Assembly (NCBI RefSeq): GCF_001194135.2
Contig: NC_068982.1
Location: 75,193,411-75,257,410 of the forward strand
DNA: 64,000 nucleotides
From: Octopus bimaculoides
Taxonomy: Eukaryota
Direction: 5' to 3'
The translations under genes and the position numbers were made by a program. Below the pieces are notes generated by a model, which ran no database searches, had not been told where the DNA came from, and saw nothing but the letters and a program-made list of their open reading frames with translations. Below are positions 1-13,094 of the stretch, in pieces. Position 1 is the stretch's first letter; each line of letters starts with the position of its first letter.

Positions 1-224
1 GGCACATAAAAGACACCATTTCGCGCGTGGCCGTTTTCGTGCGGGTGACACGTAAAAGCACCCACTACACTCTCTGAGTGGTTGGCGTTAGGAAGGGCAT
101 CCAGCTGTAGAAACTCTGCCAAATTAGACTGGAGCCTGGTGTTGCCATCCGGTTTCACCAGTCCTCAGTCAAATCGTCCAACCCATGCTAGCATGGAAAG
201 CGGACGTTAAACGATGATGATGAT
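1..224 (+). mobile_element. SINE family A, (GAT)n tail (other copies include 13318-13815-, 18540-19170-, 19915-20355+, 27030-27240-, 45477-45680-, 47610-47918+, 48571-48665-, 50520-50688-, 52438-52900-)
   Basis: Recurrent GTTAGGAAGGGCATCCAGCTGTAGAAAC ... CCAACCCATGCTAGCATGGAAAGCGGACGTTAAACGATGATGAT; most abundant repeat in the window. Confidence 0.88.
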
Positions 225-569
225 ATATATATAGATAGATATAGATATATATTATATATATATAATGCAAGAGAGTTAGGGGTTGAGGATTCAACCCACT
301 AAGGGATAGTATCTATCCAATATACTGCTGGGAGGGTACCCAATTATTGTTACACTAGTGTTATACCAAGTGTAATAAGTGGGTGCAGGTAAAAGGCGGG
401 TTATTTTACCCTAAATTTATATAGCAATTAGTAAATGGAAGAGAATATGCGGTATCCATCGACTTGCAGTGTATTCCGTTGAATTAATTAATTTTGTAAC
501 TAAAATGACAAAAACCACAATATACAAATGCTTATGACATACCATGTTATATTAACAATCAAGGTTACA

Positions 570-600
<31 letters not shown>

Positions 601-1062
601 CTCTTTTACACTTTTACTTGTTTCAGTCTTTTGACTGTGGCCATGCTGGAGCACCGCCTTTTAGTCGAGCAAATCGACCCCAGGACTTATTCTTTAGAAG
701 CCTAGTACTTATTCTATCGATCTATTTTGCCGANNNNNNNNNNNNNNNNNNNNNNNNNNNNNNNNNNNNNNNNNNNNNNNNNNNNNNNNNNNNNNNNNNN
801 NNNNNNNNNNNNNNNNNNNNNNNNNNNNNNNNNNNNNNNNNNNNNNNNNNNNNNNNNNNNNNNNNNNNNNNNNNNNNNNNNNNNNNNNNNNNNNNNNNNN
901 NNNNNNNNNNNNNNNNNNNNNNNNNNNNNNNNNNNNNNNNNNNNNNNNNNNNNNNNNNNNNNNNNNNNNNNNNNNNNNNNNNNNNNNNNNNNNNNNNNNN
1001 NNNNNNNNNNNNNNNNNNNNNNNNNNNNNNNNNNNNNNNNNNNNNNNNNNNNNNNNNNNNNN

Positions 1063-1100
<38 letters not shown>

Positions 1101-1388
1101 TATATATTTATATATCACAATATAACACATATATTTATCTCTGCATAGATACACCAAAAAATCAATATTGTATATAGTTTCGTTCTAAATTAAAATATGT
1201 AAAATCGCACATATTTGCATATATATATATATATATATATATATTATCCTCTACATTGGAGAAGTAAAAAAAACAGCATGATATACATACACGTACGTGT
1301 CTTTTAATTCATAGTCACACATACACTCACGCATATACTGACACACACACATACGTACATATGCACCCATGTGTTATATATTTTGTGT

Positions 1389-1429
<41 letters not shown>

Positions 1430-1699
1430 ATATACATATGTATTTGTGTATATAAATGCGCGCGCGCACACTGCATGTCTTCGAAAATAATTCCTTGAAT
1501 GGGTCTTTAAAGCCTATAATTTCTCAGAAGTCGAAACGATGTTTTTAACTCCATGCCATTCTCAAGGGCACTTTAATTTTGAAGCAAAATTATGAAGCTT
1601 TTAATTAAGATCTTGAGTAATTATTTTCATTCCAAAATTATCTGTTTTGGAGGGGTGATGATAGAAATTTTCAAAATGTGTACAAATATTTAAAATACA

Positions 1700-1736
<37 letters not shown>

Positions 1737-2367
1737 GTGTGTGTGTCAACTATGCAAGGTTACATTTAGAAAGATCAGCTGCTACAAATTCAATTATAAA
1801 TCATCTTTCAACATCTTCCATCATCAACAACAAAACTGAAAAACAGAGGGGAGCCCCAGCAAGGCCGCAGGTTAAAGAAGAAAATGATAGATAGATAGAT
1901 AGATAGATACAGACAAAATAAATAGGTACACAGAGACATATAGACAGTATATTTACAAAAGCGTCAGATTTATGAGGGAAGGGGGAGAGGTGGAGGTGAG
2001 TGCTGCGAGATTTAAATATTCATGTTTCTGAAGGGCATTAGCTATGTTAGTGGAGATAGTACTGAATAATAATTGTAATTCAATTAAGACAGATATATAT
2101 ATACGCACATATAAGAAGTTTAGTCTCGCATTGCAGTAGCGTGTACAAGTTATACACACAGCTATATATAAATATGCAGGCTGATATGTTCAAAGTCGGA
2201 AAAAATATATACACAAATGTATTCATGCTGGCATGAAAAAACGGACGTAAAACGAATGCGCGCGCGCACGCAAGTGCATACTGACACATACATTTACATA
2301 TATATATATATATGTGCACAAACATATATTTACCTACATATACCTATACAGACCTATATAATCACAC

Positions 2368-2369
2368 AC

Positions 2370-2462
<93 letters not shown>
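2368..2462. repeat. (TA)n/(CA)n microsatellite, representative; others at ~577-600, 1062-1092, 1388-1430, 1702-1746 (TG), 1888-1910 (GATA), 3958-4007 (CT/TA), 5892-5950, 40038-40063 (GAT), 42322-42360 (ATT/AAT), 48518-48570
   Basis: Direct inspection. Confidence 0.95.
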
Positions 2463-3338
2463 CATACACACGAACACACGATGTGTATTCATGTGAAGAA
2501 TTCACATTAAAAACACAATAGAACCGGTAATATTGGGAAAGTAAAAGTACAAGAGACGCAAAGGGTTGTTATAAATATTTTAGTGTCATTACCTGAGTTT
2601 GGCATAAATTTATATTTCTGCCAAACTACAGTAAAGGACATTCAGGTGGATGGAATAAACAGAATCATTATTTGCTTATATCAGAAAAATTCTTGAATTT
2701 CTTGACTTGTATAATTTTATTCTTTTACCATTCGTTTTGATGAAATATTATATTTTGTTATATGTAGTATATATAATTAGGAGGGGGAAATCATTAAATG
2801 GATAATTATAGTTTCTTTTTAAGAAAAAAAAAAACGAAGATGTACATTATAAATATTTATAAACGTTAAATCCATAAAAATAATATTGATTCTGTCACCT
2901 TTTAAAGTACAAGCACACACAGGATACATGTATGTATTAATGCATGTAGATTTAAACGTGTACATGCATGTATATGCCAATGACATATATGACACACATA
3001 TGCGTGTGTACTAATTCTTGCAAAAGTATGTATGAGTTACAGATAGATATAACACACTCATGTATTTGTATGTGTGTGCGTGCGTATATAGATATACTAC
3101 GGGGTAATATATAAAAATTTATATAATTGAAGAGAGTTTTCTTTTTTTTTATTTATTTCTGTTAAAAGACAATATTATAGGCGGGAAAAAGATAAAATAA
3201 AATAATGAAGATTATACAGAAAGGTGAAATTTTCATCTTGTACAGCGAATGCTTATTGGCGTGAATGACGAAAACCTTGATAAAGAGAATGGGACGCAAG
3301 AAGTAAAAATAAGACAGTCAATATAAGTTTTATCTTAC

Positions 3339-3479
3339 CTGTGTACGTTGGCGAGAAGTACGATTGTTCCAGAGTCCACCCAGTCCACCTCCTCCTGCCC
3401 AGCCACCGTCAGTCGGGGTACATGGCTCACTCCGCTGAGAATGGACCTGAAGTGAAGCTCTACGGCGATCGGAGGGCAT
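3339..3479 (-). CDS. Probable first coding exon of an unidentified gene: MPSDRRRASLQVHSQRSEPCTPTDGGWAGGGGLGGLWNNRTSRQRTQ
   Basis: GC/CpG-rich island in AT-rich DNA; ATG at 3479-3477; 141-nt open frame ending in a consensus CAG|GTAAGA donor; no upstream acceptor seen. Confidence 0.6.
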
Positions 3480-3900
3480 GTTCGGCGGCGTATCCAGGGC
3501 GGCTGGTACCGGTAATAATGATGGTAACAAAAAAAGCTAGTCTAAACGACAACCACCACTACTACGATCACGATGACAACAAAACTAATTTTCTTAGAAC
3601 TAATCACAAGTTGCTGTCAAGAGGAAGATCCGGTCCCGGTGCAAAACTAACAGACGGATCTTTTAAATTGGTTCCCTCTAACATAGATTACAATGTGTGT
3701 ATGTTATGTATATGGGTGCGAGTGCATATATTTATATGTATGTATGTTATAAAAGAGTTTATTTTTGGTGTCGTCCTCTTTTGCTGGAGGTTAACAGAAT
3801 AATATAAAAATTCGACTTTCTCTTTGAACGGAGGCCACCCCGGACTAAAAAATAGAAATTTTGTTACACACCCAAAATATGACAACTACGGGTTGTTGAC
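3480..3900 (-). promoter_or_regulatory. Putative 5' UTR/promoter of the gene starting at 3479
   Basis: Unique sequence with retained CpGs directly upstream of a candidate first exon; TSS not determinable. Confidence 0.35.
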
Positions 3901-3958
3901 TTGTCTTTTGGATCTAGTTAATTAAATTTTACTTCACTTTCGCCTTCTTTTTCTCTCC

Positions 3959-4006
<48 letters not shown>

Positions 4007-5574
4007 CTCAATTTTTATCTTTTATCTCATCTTTTTCAGTTTTTTTTCTCTCTCTCTCATTCATTTCATCTTTCCCTCTCTATTGGCATGTGCGTGAAGC
4101 TCTAAATTTTTCTTTTTTTCTTTCTTTTCATTTTAAAATTATAAATCTATAAATGTATATTTTTTCATTCTTACAGCCTTATTTTCTTATTATGTTTATC
4201 TATACCATTCTTCAGTATGTGTGTGTGGTTGTAATTTTATTCCGCTTATGCACCTCTATACATATAAAAATATGTCAGTGTCCGTTTGTATACACTTTAC
4301 TTGCTGTTTATATCAATGTCCCGGTGTGTGCCTTGAATTATAAATTTCTCTATTTATTTACTGTGTTTGTACTGCAGTAGGAGGAATAAATAATACATTC
4401 CTTAAATTTTTACCAAACACATATCATGTGTTATTAGGCAATTTTGGATTTTCTATAATGCCAATGCAATAATGTATGTTTATCTAAGATGTGTGTGCAC
4501 GTAAAATTTTTGTATATGATTATACATTCCAAAACATCTTATACACATACAGACGCGTGTGTCTGTGTCTATGTGTGGTGGGTACCTCCTTGGGAATTAA
4601 CTAATAAACTGAACATTATCTTGTATTTAGTTTAATGATCTATATATTAACATAATCCTTTAGTCGTGAGTAATGACCACGACACGAAAAAATAGACAAC
4701 AATATCAAAGAATACATTCTGCTAATTCCATCATTTTTTTTTTTTTTTAATGCATTCCATTATTGGTATATTCCACGACCTTCGTTGCCATCATATTTTT
4801 TCCTCTGAACGAGCGAAAATGATTTGCCCAACTGGGAATTCTTAGACATTATATTTATAGTCGCAAACCTGAAATCAGTTTCATTATAAATTTGTCCGCA
4901 TTCTTGAAGTCGTTACAGGAACATTTTTGGTATTTTTGTGTGGGTCTTCCGCTTACCATTCAGTGTAACTTCCTAATTGCCAGACGATCTTGAGGCTAGA
5001 CGTAATTCTCAGTGGTATTCCAAAGGACCTCAGGTGTTTTCCTTAGCATTCCGTCTTTCATCACACTCTAGTTGCAAGGACACATGCTGCCTGTAGTTAG
5101 CATTTTGTTGTGTTGCTATTTGATACACTATTCAGCATGCGATTAAACTATGATTTTTTTTTTTAATATTATTAGGGGGGGGGGCATTTCCTGTACCTCT
5201 CAGATTTGCCAGTTGGTATTAAATTAATCGGTATTCATTCCCACAGAATCTGATTGCGACTTTGTTGCAATCTCTGCAAGCCTTCTTAGCCAGTCGAAAT
5301 TTTCAAATCAATGAAACCATTTTATTTTAACTCCTAACTGTTATTGTTGTTTCTTGTCTGATATATTGGTTCTTCAGGTTGGAAGTGAATAGGCCAGAAT
5401 GAAAGGAGCTTATTCAAAGAAAGGAAAATATTTCATGAAGTGGTTGCCTGTATTCAGGAAATAGATTATATAGATAGACAGGCAGATGTGTATATGGATG
5501 GATGTTTGTATGTGTGTGTGTGCATACGTTCTGTCTATATGTTGATATATATCTATATATATATTAAGATGAGA

Positions 5575-5855
5575 ATGAGTGTCTGTCTATCTGTCTCTGT
5601 GTCTGAGTGAATCCCTAAAACCTGAGAACTACAGAACCAATTTCATTCAAATTTTACACATGCCTTACTTAGGGTCCATGTAGTGTCATAGGCCCCAAAA
5701 TTTTTTAACTTCTTGCCTACTGCGAGCCCAGAGCAATATCATATCTCCTCCATTATTTCAGTATTACGTGTCAAAAGTGAAACAATAACATCTCTCTATT
5801 GTAATGTTAGATATTTTCACTTTAATAGTTTCACTTTAATACTGAAACTATTATC
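5575..5855 (+). mobile_element. DINE-1/HINE-like short element
   Basis: (GTCT)n-like 5' microsatellite followed by ACTACAGAACCAATTTCATTCAAATTTTACAC. Confidence 0.4.
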
Positions 5856-5891
5856 TCACATATATACAAGCATACATACATGTATATATAT

Positions 5892-5964
<73 letters not shown>

Positions 5965-6819
5965 GTATACATCTGCACAAATGTATATATATAGATGTAT
6001 ATACATAGATGTATATATATACATGTATATATACAGATGTATATGTATAGCTGTATATGTATACATGTATATGTGTAGCTATATATATAGAGAGATGTAC
6101 ATGTAATATGTACACATATATATACACATATATACGCCCATACACACACACACATATACATAAGTGCAGGTGTAGCTGTGTGGTAAGAAACTTGGTTCCA
6201 AAACACATGGTCCTGGGTTCAGTACTACTGTGTGGTGACTTGGTATGGGTCTTCTGCTGTAGCCTCAGACCAACCAAAGCCTTGTGAGTGGATTTTGTAG
6301 ACAGAAACTGAAAGAAATCAATCGTATATATATATATGTATATATGTAAGTGTATGTGTGTTATTTCTTTACTACCCACAAGGGGCTACACACAGAGGGG
6401 ATAAGCAAGGACAGACAAACGGATTAAGCCAATTAAATCGATCCCCAGTGCATAACTGGTACTTATTTAATCGACCCCGAAAGGATGAAAGGCAAAGTCG
6501 ACCTCGGCAGAATTTGAACTCAGAACGTAGCAGCAGACAAAATACCACTAAGCATTTCGCCCTGCGTGCTAACGTTTNNNNNNNNNNNNNNNNNNNNNNN
6601 NNNNNNNNNNNNNNNNNNNNNNNNNNNNNNNNNNNNNNNNNNNNNNNNNNNNNNNNNNNNNNNNNNNNNNNNNNNNNNNNNNNNNNNNNNNNNNNNNNNN
6701 NNNNNNNNNNNNNNNNNNNNNNNNNNNNNNNNNNNNNNNNNNNNNNNNNNNNNNNNNNNNNNNNNNNNNNNNNNACACACATACATGTATGTATATGTGC
6801 ATATTCATATCTATTATAT

Positions 6820-8456
6820 AAAAGTCAATGTCTTTATGTGTGTTACTTATAGATTCAAAAACTACTGCACCGATCCTAATGAAATTTGGAACACAAAATC
6901 CAAGCCTAGGGAGAAGGGTAATGCTGTGTGTTTCATACAATTTCATGGACCAAAATTACTGAATGGATCCTTATGATATTTGGGACTTAGATTCAATGCA
7001 TAAGAGTGGGTATAATGCAGTATGTTTGGTATGAATTTGAGATGGCTTAAAGGGGGCAGAACCCCCATGAAAATTCATAAATTTTTGATGTTGATGAAAT
7101 TTCAACCATGGGTAATTGACACACATCAAGAAGTATTCTCAAAGTTTCCACTTCTCATGAGGATTCTAAGATCCCCTAATGGGCGCCTTAACTCCCAAAT
7201 TTTAGTCATTTTTTTATGATCCAAAACTAGGTCAAAAGTACTGAATGGATCTTTATGAAATTTGGAAACTATGTTCTATGCATAAGGGCCATAACCCCCA
7301 TGAATATTCATATATTTTTGCTGTTAATGAGATTTTAACCATAGATATTAGACACAAATGAAGTAATATTTCTAAAATTTCATCTTCTTAAAAGTTAGAA
7401 AGACCCCTTCATGGGGACTTAACACCCACAATTTAGTCATTTTATCTAAGCAAAGACGAATGCAGTTGCACTTGGAATCACCCAAGCATAAAAGATGAGC
7501 ATTATATGTAATTCAATGGTACAACAGTGTAAGAGTTTGCTTTGAGATATACTTAGATTGTGATTTCTGCAATGTGGTGCATAAATTATCAAGTAAATGA
7601 GAGGCATCTTTGCCTCCACTGATTCAGTTGCAAAGTGTTCAGTAAAGTGATTTGGTTGCAAACCTCCTTTGAGTCTTTTTATTATCACTGGGTCACACAT
7701 AGTCCCCCAATGGTAACATTGATTTCAAGGCCTTCCCAGATGAGTGACTGGTTATTCAAAGACATTTTATAGATTGTAAATTAATTCTGTCCACTTACCT
7801 ATCGGTATAGTGGTCAGTTGCAAACTCCAAAGGTGACACTTTCATTTCCCTTACCCCTCACGTCACACAGTTGTTTGAGTTGGATCATGCCCTTCCAATT
7901 GCTATAGATCCATAATGCATCTTACGGCTGTGCCTGTCACCTGTATGGTGAGGAATCCTACATTGGGGAGTAGTAACGACTAGGGTAGGGTAGGGTAGCT
8001 GACTGCTTATTGTGATCATTTGTCTTTTGGTTTCCTGTAGCTTTGCTCTCTTTCACAAACCCAGTGAACATATATATATTTCCTATTTCAAAGAAATTTG
8101 AACAATACATATAAGACCCAACAATTCAACTTCTCTGGTTGACATTAAGACACCCACCCCCAATAGGGGCCTTAACTCCCACATTTTAGAGCTCCATGAC
8201 CTCCATTTTTCAGGAGCAAAATCCTTTTAACAGGTTCCGTAAGACTGGAATTTGGGAATTTGCGCATAAAGATCAGTAGTATGGTATACATGTGTCATGA
8301 TTAGAATTTTTTAGGGTGTATAAAGAGGGAAAGAACCCTCATCTGCAATTTTGATAAAATTCAAATCATAGGTATTCCAGTTCATTAGAGAAAATATAAC
8401 AGAAAAGTCTAATTCTTCATTTTTGCATGTAACAAGGGCAATGCTGGGTATCTCTG

Positions 8457-8460
<4 letters not shown>
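6820..8460 (+). mobile_element. Helentron/DINE-1-like non-autonomous element with internal tandem subrepeats, interrupted at ~7448-8050 by another insertion
   Basis: 5' ACTACTGCACCGATCCTAATGAAATTTGG; two ~280-bp subrepeats (CAAAA.TACTGAATGGATC at ~6951 and ~7233); 3' GGGCAATGCTGGGTATCTCTGCTA; family assignment is inference. Confidence 0.5.
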
Positions 8461-8492
<32 letters not shown>

Positions 8493-9264
8493 NNNNNNNN
8501 NNNNNNNNNNNNNNNNNNNNNNNNNNNNNNNNNNNNNNNNNNNNNNNNNNNNNNNNNNNNNNNNNNNNNNNNNNNNNNNNNNNNNNNNNNNNNNNNNNNN
8601 NNNNNNNNNNNNNNNNNNNNNNNNNNNNNNNNNNNNNNNNNNNNNNNNNNNNNNNNNNNNNNNNNNNNNNNNNNNNNNNNNNNNNNNNNNNNNNNNNNNN
8701 NNNNNNNNNNNNNNNNNNNNNNNNNNNNNNNNNNNNNNNNNNNNNNNNNNNNNNNNNNNNNNNNNNNNNNNNNNNNNNNNNNNNNNNNNNNNNNNNNNNN
8801 NNNNNNNNNNNNNNNNNNNNNNNNNNNNNNNNNNNNNNNNNNNNNNNNNNNNNNNNNNNNNNNNNNNNNNNNNNNNNNNNNNNNNNNNNNNNNNNNNNNN
8901 NNNNNNNNNNNNNNNNNNNNNNNNNNNNNNNNNNNNNNNNNNNNNNNNNNNNNNNNNNNNNNNNNNNNNNNNNNNNNNNNNNNNNNNNNNNNNNNNNNNN
9001 NNNNNNNNNNNNNNNNNNNNNNNNNNNNNNNNNNNNNNNNNNNNNNNNNNNNNNNNNNNNNNNNNNNNNNNNNNNNNNNNNNNNNNNNNNNNNNNNNNNN
9101 NNNNNNNNNNNNNNNNNNNNNNNNNNNNNNNNNNNNNNNNNNNNNNNNNNNNNNNNNNNNNNNNNNNNNNNNNNNNNNNNNNNNNNNNNNNNNNNNNNNN
9201 NNNNNNNNNNNNNNNNNNNNNNNNNNNNNNNNNNNNNNNNNNNNNNNNNNNNNNNNNNNNNNNN
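8493..9264. other. Assembly gap; others at ~734-1061, 6578-6774, 16985-16994, 31847-31856, 37148-37157, 38222-38783, 53374-53520
   Basis: N runs, mostly abutting SINEs or (TA)n tracts. Confidence 0.99.
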
Positions 9265-9284
9265 TATATATATATATGTATATG

Positions 9285-9315
<31 letters not shown>

Positions 9316-9897
9316 ATATGTACTTAAATATAAGCATGAATATAAATATAAATCTATATGTGCATGTATATATATGTGTGTGTGTATATATATATGTATA
9401 TATATATCCTTTCTACTAAAGGCTCAATGCATAACATTTTGAGGGGCTAGTTGATTACATTGACTCCAGTACATGACTGGTACTTATTTTATGAAGCCAG
9501 AAAGGATGAAAGGTGAAGTCAGCTTCAGTGAAATTTGAACTCAGAATGTAAAGACAGGTGAAATGCTGCTAAGCATTTTGCCTGGCATGCTAACGATTCT
9601 ACCAGCTTGCCACCTCATGAGGTAATGAATTCAATTCCCAGACCAGGCTGTGTGTTGTGTTCTTGAGCAAGAATGTTGCTCCAGTTCACTCAGCCATAGA
9701 AATGAGTTGCGATGTTACTGGTGCCAAACTGTTTTGGCCTTTGCCTTTCCCTTGGATTACATTGGTGGCATGGAGATTGAAGGCTGGTGTGCACGGGAAA
9801 CTACTGGTCTTCCATAATCAACCTTGCTTCGACTTGTGCTTAGGTGGGGAAATTTCTATGTGCAATCCCATGATCATTCATGTCCAAAGGGGGTCTT

Positions 9898-9944
<47 letters not shown>

Positions 9945-9959
9945 CTGAAGGGTCTCATA

Positions 9960-11720
9960 CTCTTAGGATTGATACACAGCCAACAGGAACCTTACCGATG
10001 CTTCATTCATGGAACAAATTATGTTCCAACTAAACAGGGCATATGATATACAAATAATGTCCATAATGCTAGCCATATGTGACAAATTTGCCCTAGAACA
10101 CAATGCCAACACACACAAGAACAAGATCCTTAGGGAGAAGAAAATTCTTATGAGATGATGAACAGAGACTTCAAACCACCTGAACAAACATCAATGAAAA
10201 GTTCCACTTGAAAACAACACTATTGGAGATTGAGAAAAGTCTGCATCAATCCCATGAAAAAGAGAGAGTAGACAAGGATATTTAGGTTATAAAAAACATT
10301 AAATCAAACCCAAAAGCTTTCTTTAACTTTGCCAAAGAATGGCCTCAGTATGCTACAAGATAGGACTCTTCCTCCAAAAGGACAGCTGTCTCATAAGAAA
10401 CCCAATGATGATAAGTAAAATACTGAACAAACAGTTCAAAAATGTTTTCACTGCCCCTTTGGGACATAGGCAAGTGAACAAACCAGTGGAGTCCTTTGCT
10501 ACTTCACCTGTAACCAAGGAGGCAATAACAATTGATTACATTAACATCAATAAATGAGGTAGATGCAAATTCAGCTGCTGGGCCTGATAAATTCCCAGCA
10601 ATCCTTCTCACATCATGCAAACAAGCCCTTCAAAATCACTGCAGCTTCTTTTTTAGATCTTCCTTGCAAGTGGTAAGCTCCCAGGTAAATTGAAGGAGGG
10701 AATAATATGCCCTGTCCATAAATGAGGAAGCAGAACAGATGCTAAATGTTATCGGACAATCTCTCTGACCTAACACATCAGCAAAGTCATGGAACAAATA
10801 GCCTGCAGGAAACTAATTGCATTCCTTGAAGTCAATATACCTTGACTTTTCAAAAGCCTTTGATAGAATCGACCATGGTATGAAATATCACAAGCTGCAT
10901 GAGCTTGACATCGTCAGAATACATGGAGAGTAGCTAGATGACTTTTTAAAAGATAGAAGTCAAGCAGTGGTGACCAATGGAGCCACTTCTAAGGAAACAC
11001 AAATAATGAGTGATGTTCCACAGGGCACTGTCTTAGGGTCACTGCTATTCGTAATGGCCTCTCAGACATATCCTCAGCTGCTCAGATAGCCACCCTTGCT
11101 AGCTGTGTAAATGATACAAAAATCTCCCAGAGAATACAGAATCCTGGAAATATTGCACAAATTGCAATGGGAGTTGGACCCAATATACAGATGAGCTGAG
11201 GATAATAACATGCAGTTTAATGTTGGAAAATTCCAAGCCCTGCACTACAAGCACACAAAGCTCAAAATGAAATGCAGACAGGATACTCTGGCCCAAAAGG
11301 GATTACAATCTCTGAATCAAAATCAATGCGCACATGAGTAATGATGTGTCTTTCCAGATGCATATTACTAAGTTGGCAATAAAATGCACACAGATGGCTT
11401 GATGAATCATTCAGAAAGGGAGAACAGGAAATCATGGTAGTCCTCTGGAGGACACATGTCCTATGGTACCACACAGTATAAAATTAACAGCATAACTTGA
11501 AGCAATCCAGTGAAGCTACACAAAGAAAATCATCTCAATACATATCAGCTACTGTAAAGGTTAAGACTCTACTCCCTAGGAATGAAGGCAGAAAAGATAT
11601 GCAGTTATATACATTTGGAAAATCCTGGAAGGACTCATACCAAGCTATGGCATTGTAAGTTACACAAATGGTAGAATGGGGCACCACTGCATAGTACCAA
11701 ATATCCCAATATCACCACAG
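9960..11720 (+). mobile_element. Decayed LINE RT region (CR1/L2-like group)
   Basis: Hand translation gives KSNPKAFF, AAGPDKFP, YRTISLT, YLDFSKAFDRIDHG, VPQGTVLGSLLF and MQFNVGKFQ, with many stops. Confidence 0.8.
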
Positions 11721-13094
11721 GCACACAGCTCTTTAATATCCTTTCAAAAAGCCTCAGAGAACTGCATGGTGTGGATAAGTTGCTGGAATACTCTGCATAC
11801 AGACCTCAGTCAGGAGAGGGTATTGTGTCTTTCTCAAACAGTTTCTACAGCTGGATGCCCTTTCTAACACTAACCACATTACACAATGTACTTAATACAT
11901 TTTTCCATTGCACCAGCACTAGAGAGGTATCTATGCCTTCAACAAGACTAAAGACTTCCTTTAGCCTTATTTTGTCTTTGCTTGATTTGACAACAACTTT
12001 ACAGAATACATTGGGTGCATTTTATTGTGGTATTGATGCTACTTAAGAGGAGACTGAAACAATTAAAATAATAATGATTATAATTATTTCAGCAAATACA
12101 ACAGATAACTGTAAACATGTTTTAGTCTTTCATCTGTACTTTACTAAGCATGGTGAAGTTTATGCTTTATTGGTGAGGCTAGAATAATACAAAAACATGT
12201 CCATGCCTAATACTGGCTTCCTTCACAGTATAATTATTTCTAGTTATCCTTTTAACATTCACTAAATCAAATATGTTAGTACTAACTTAACTAGCAACAC
12301 CAGTTACCGTCTAATCATATATAACAAAACTATAAACTGCAACAGATGGTAACTCAGATCCGCAAAACTCTATGCTCTATTTATTTCATACTTTGTTGGT
12401 GTGATTACCTATATTTTGTCTGCTTGTCTTCTTATACCATTAAATTCACACTCATACATACATACTTACACACACACATGCACGTGCGCACACATACACA
12501 CACACATTATATTTTCATTTGTACCTATCGTTACTGAAACATTAGGCTATGTAACCACAGATTTGCATGAAAGCCTAGAAATGCTAGAAAAACCGACCAA
12601 CCAAACAAACAAACATACAGTCACTCACTCACTATTTGTATATACATATTTGATTAAAGGAGATCCATTTAACACTTTAGCATTCAAACTGGCCATGTCC
12701 AGCCGAATATTCTGCCTGTTTTATGTTCAAACTGACCAGACCTGGCCTCTCAAACCTACACAACAATATCATTATAAAAATAAATAATCACATCAAAGTC
12801 TCAAAGCTAATGTAAAAAACAACGTAAATAAATAAGTATTGCATTTGATAGATTGATCTGAATGCTAAAAGGCTAAAGACTGAGGCATATCAAAGTGAAG
12901 CACATCACTATTGATGGCTGGACAATATGACACAAATCAACAGATATCAACAATACATTCCATTAACAAAGGGATCATCAATGAAGGGAATATAACTGGT
13001 GCTTGGTAATCTACAAATCCAAAAGTATCCAAAACTCTGCAGATCTTTAAGTACAGCGTATATCACAATAAAAAGTGACAAAAGAATTATAAGT

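Noticed and set aside
3341-3802. 153-aa plus-strand ORF overlapping the candidate first exon
   Set aside because: Antisense shadow of a GC-rich minus-strand exon that has a consensus donor; it runs into low-complexity sequence and has no recognisable motif
6165-6250. tRNA-like A/B box sequences (also 26218, 44370, 15780-15843 and others)
   Set aside because: SINE heads continuing into SINE bodies; no intact cloverleaf
528-9442. Long ORFs rich in X or YIYIYI/THTH (528-1148, 709-1157, 5831-6379, 6358-6976, 8417-9442; likewise 38200-38843)
   Set aside because: Artefacts of N gaps and (TA)n/(CA)n microsatellites
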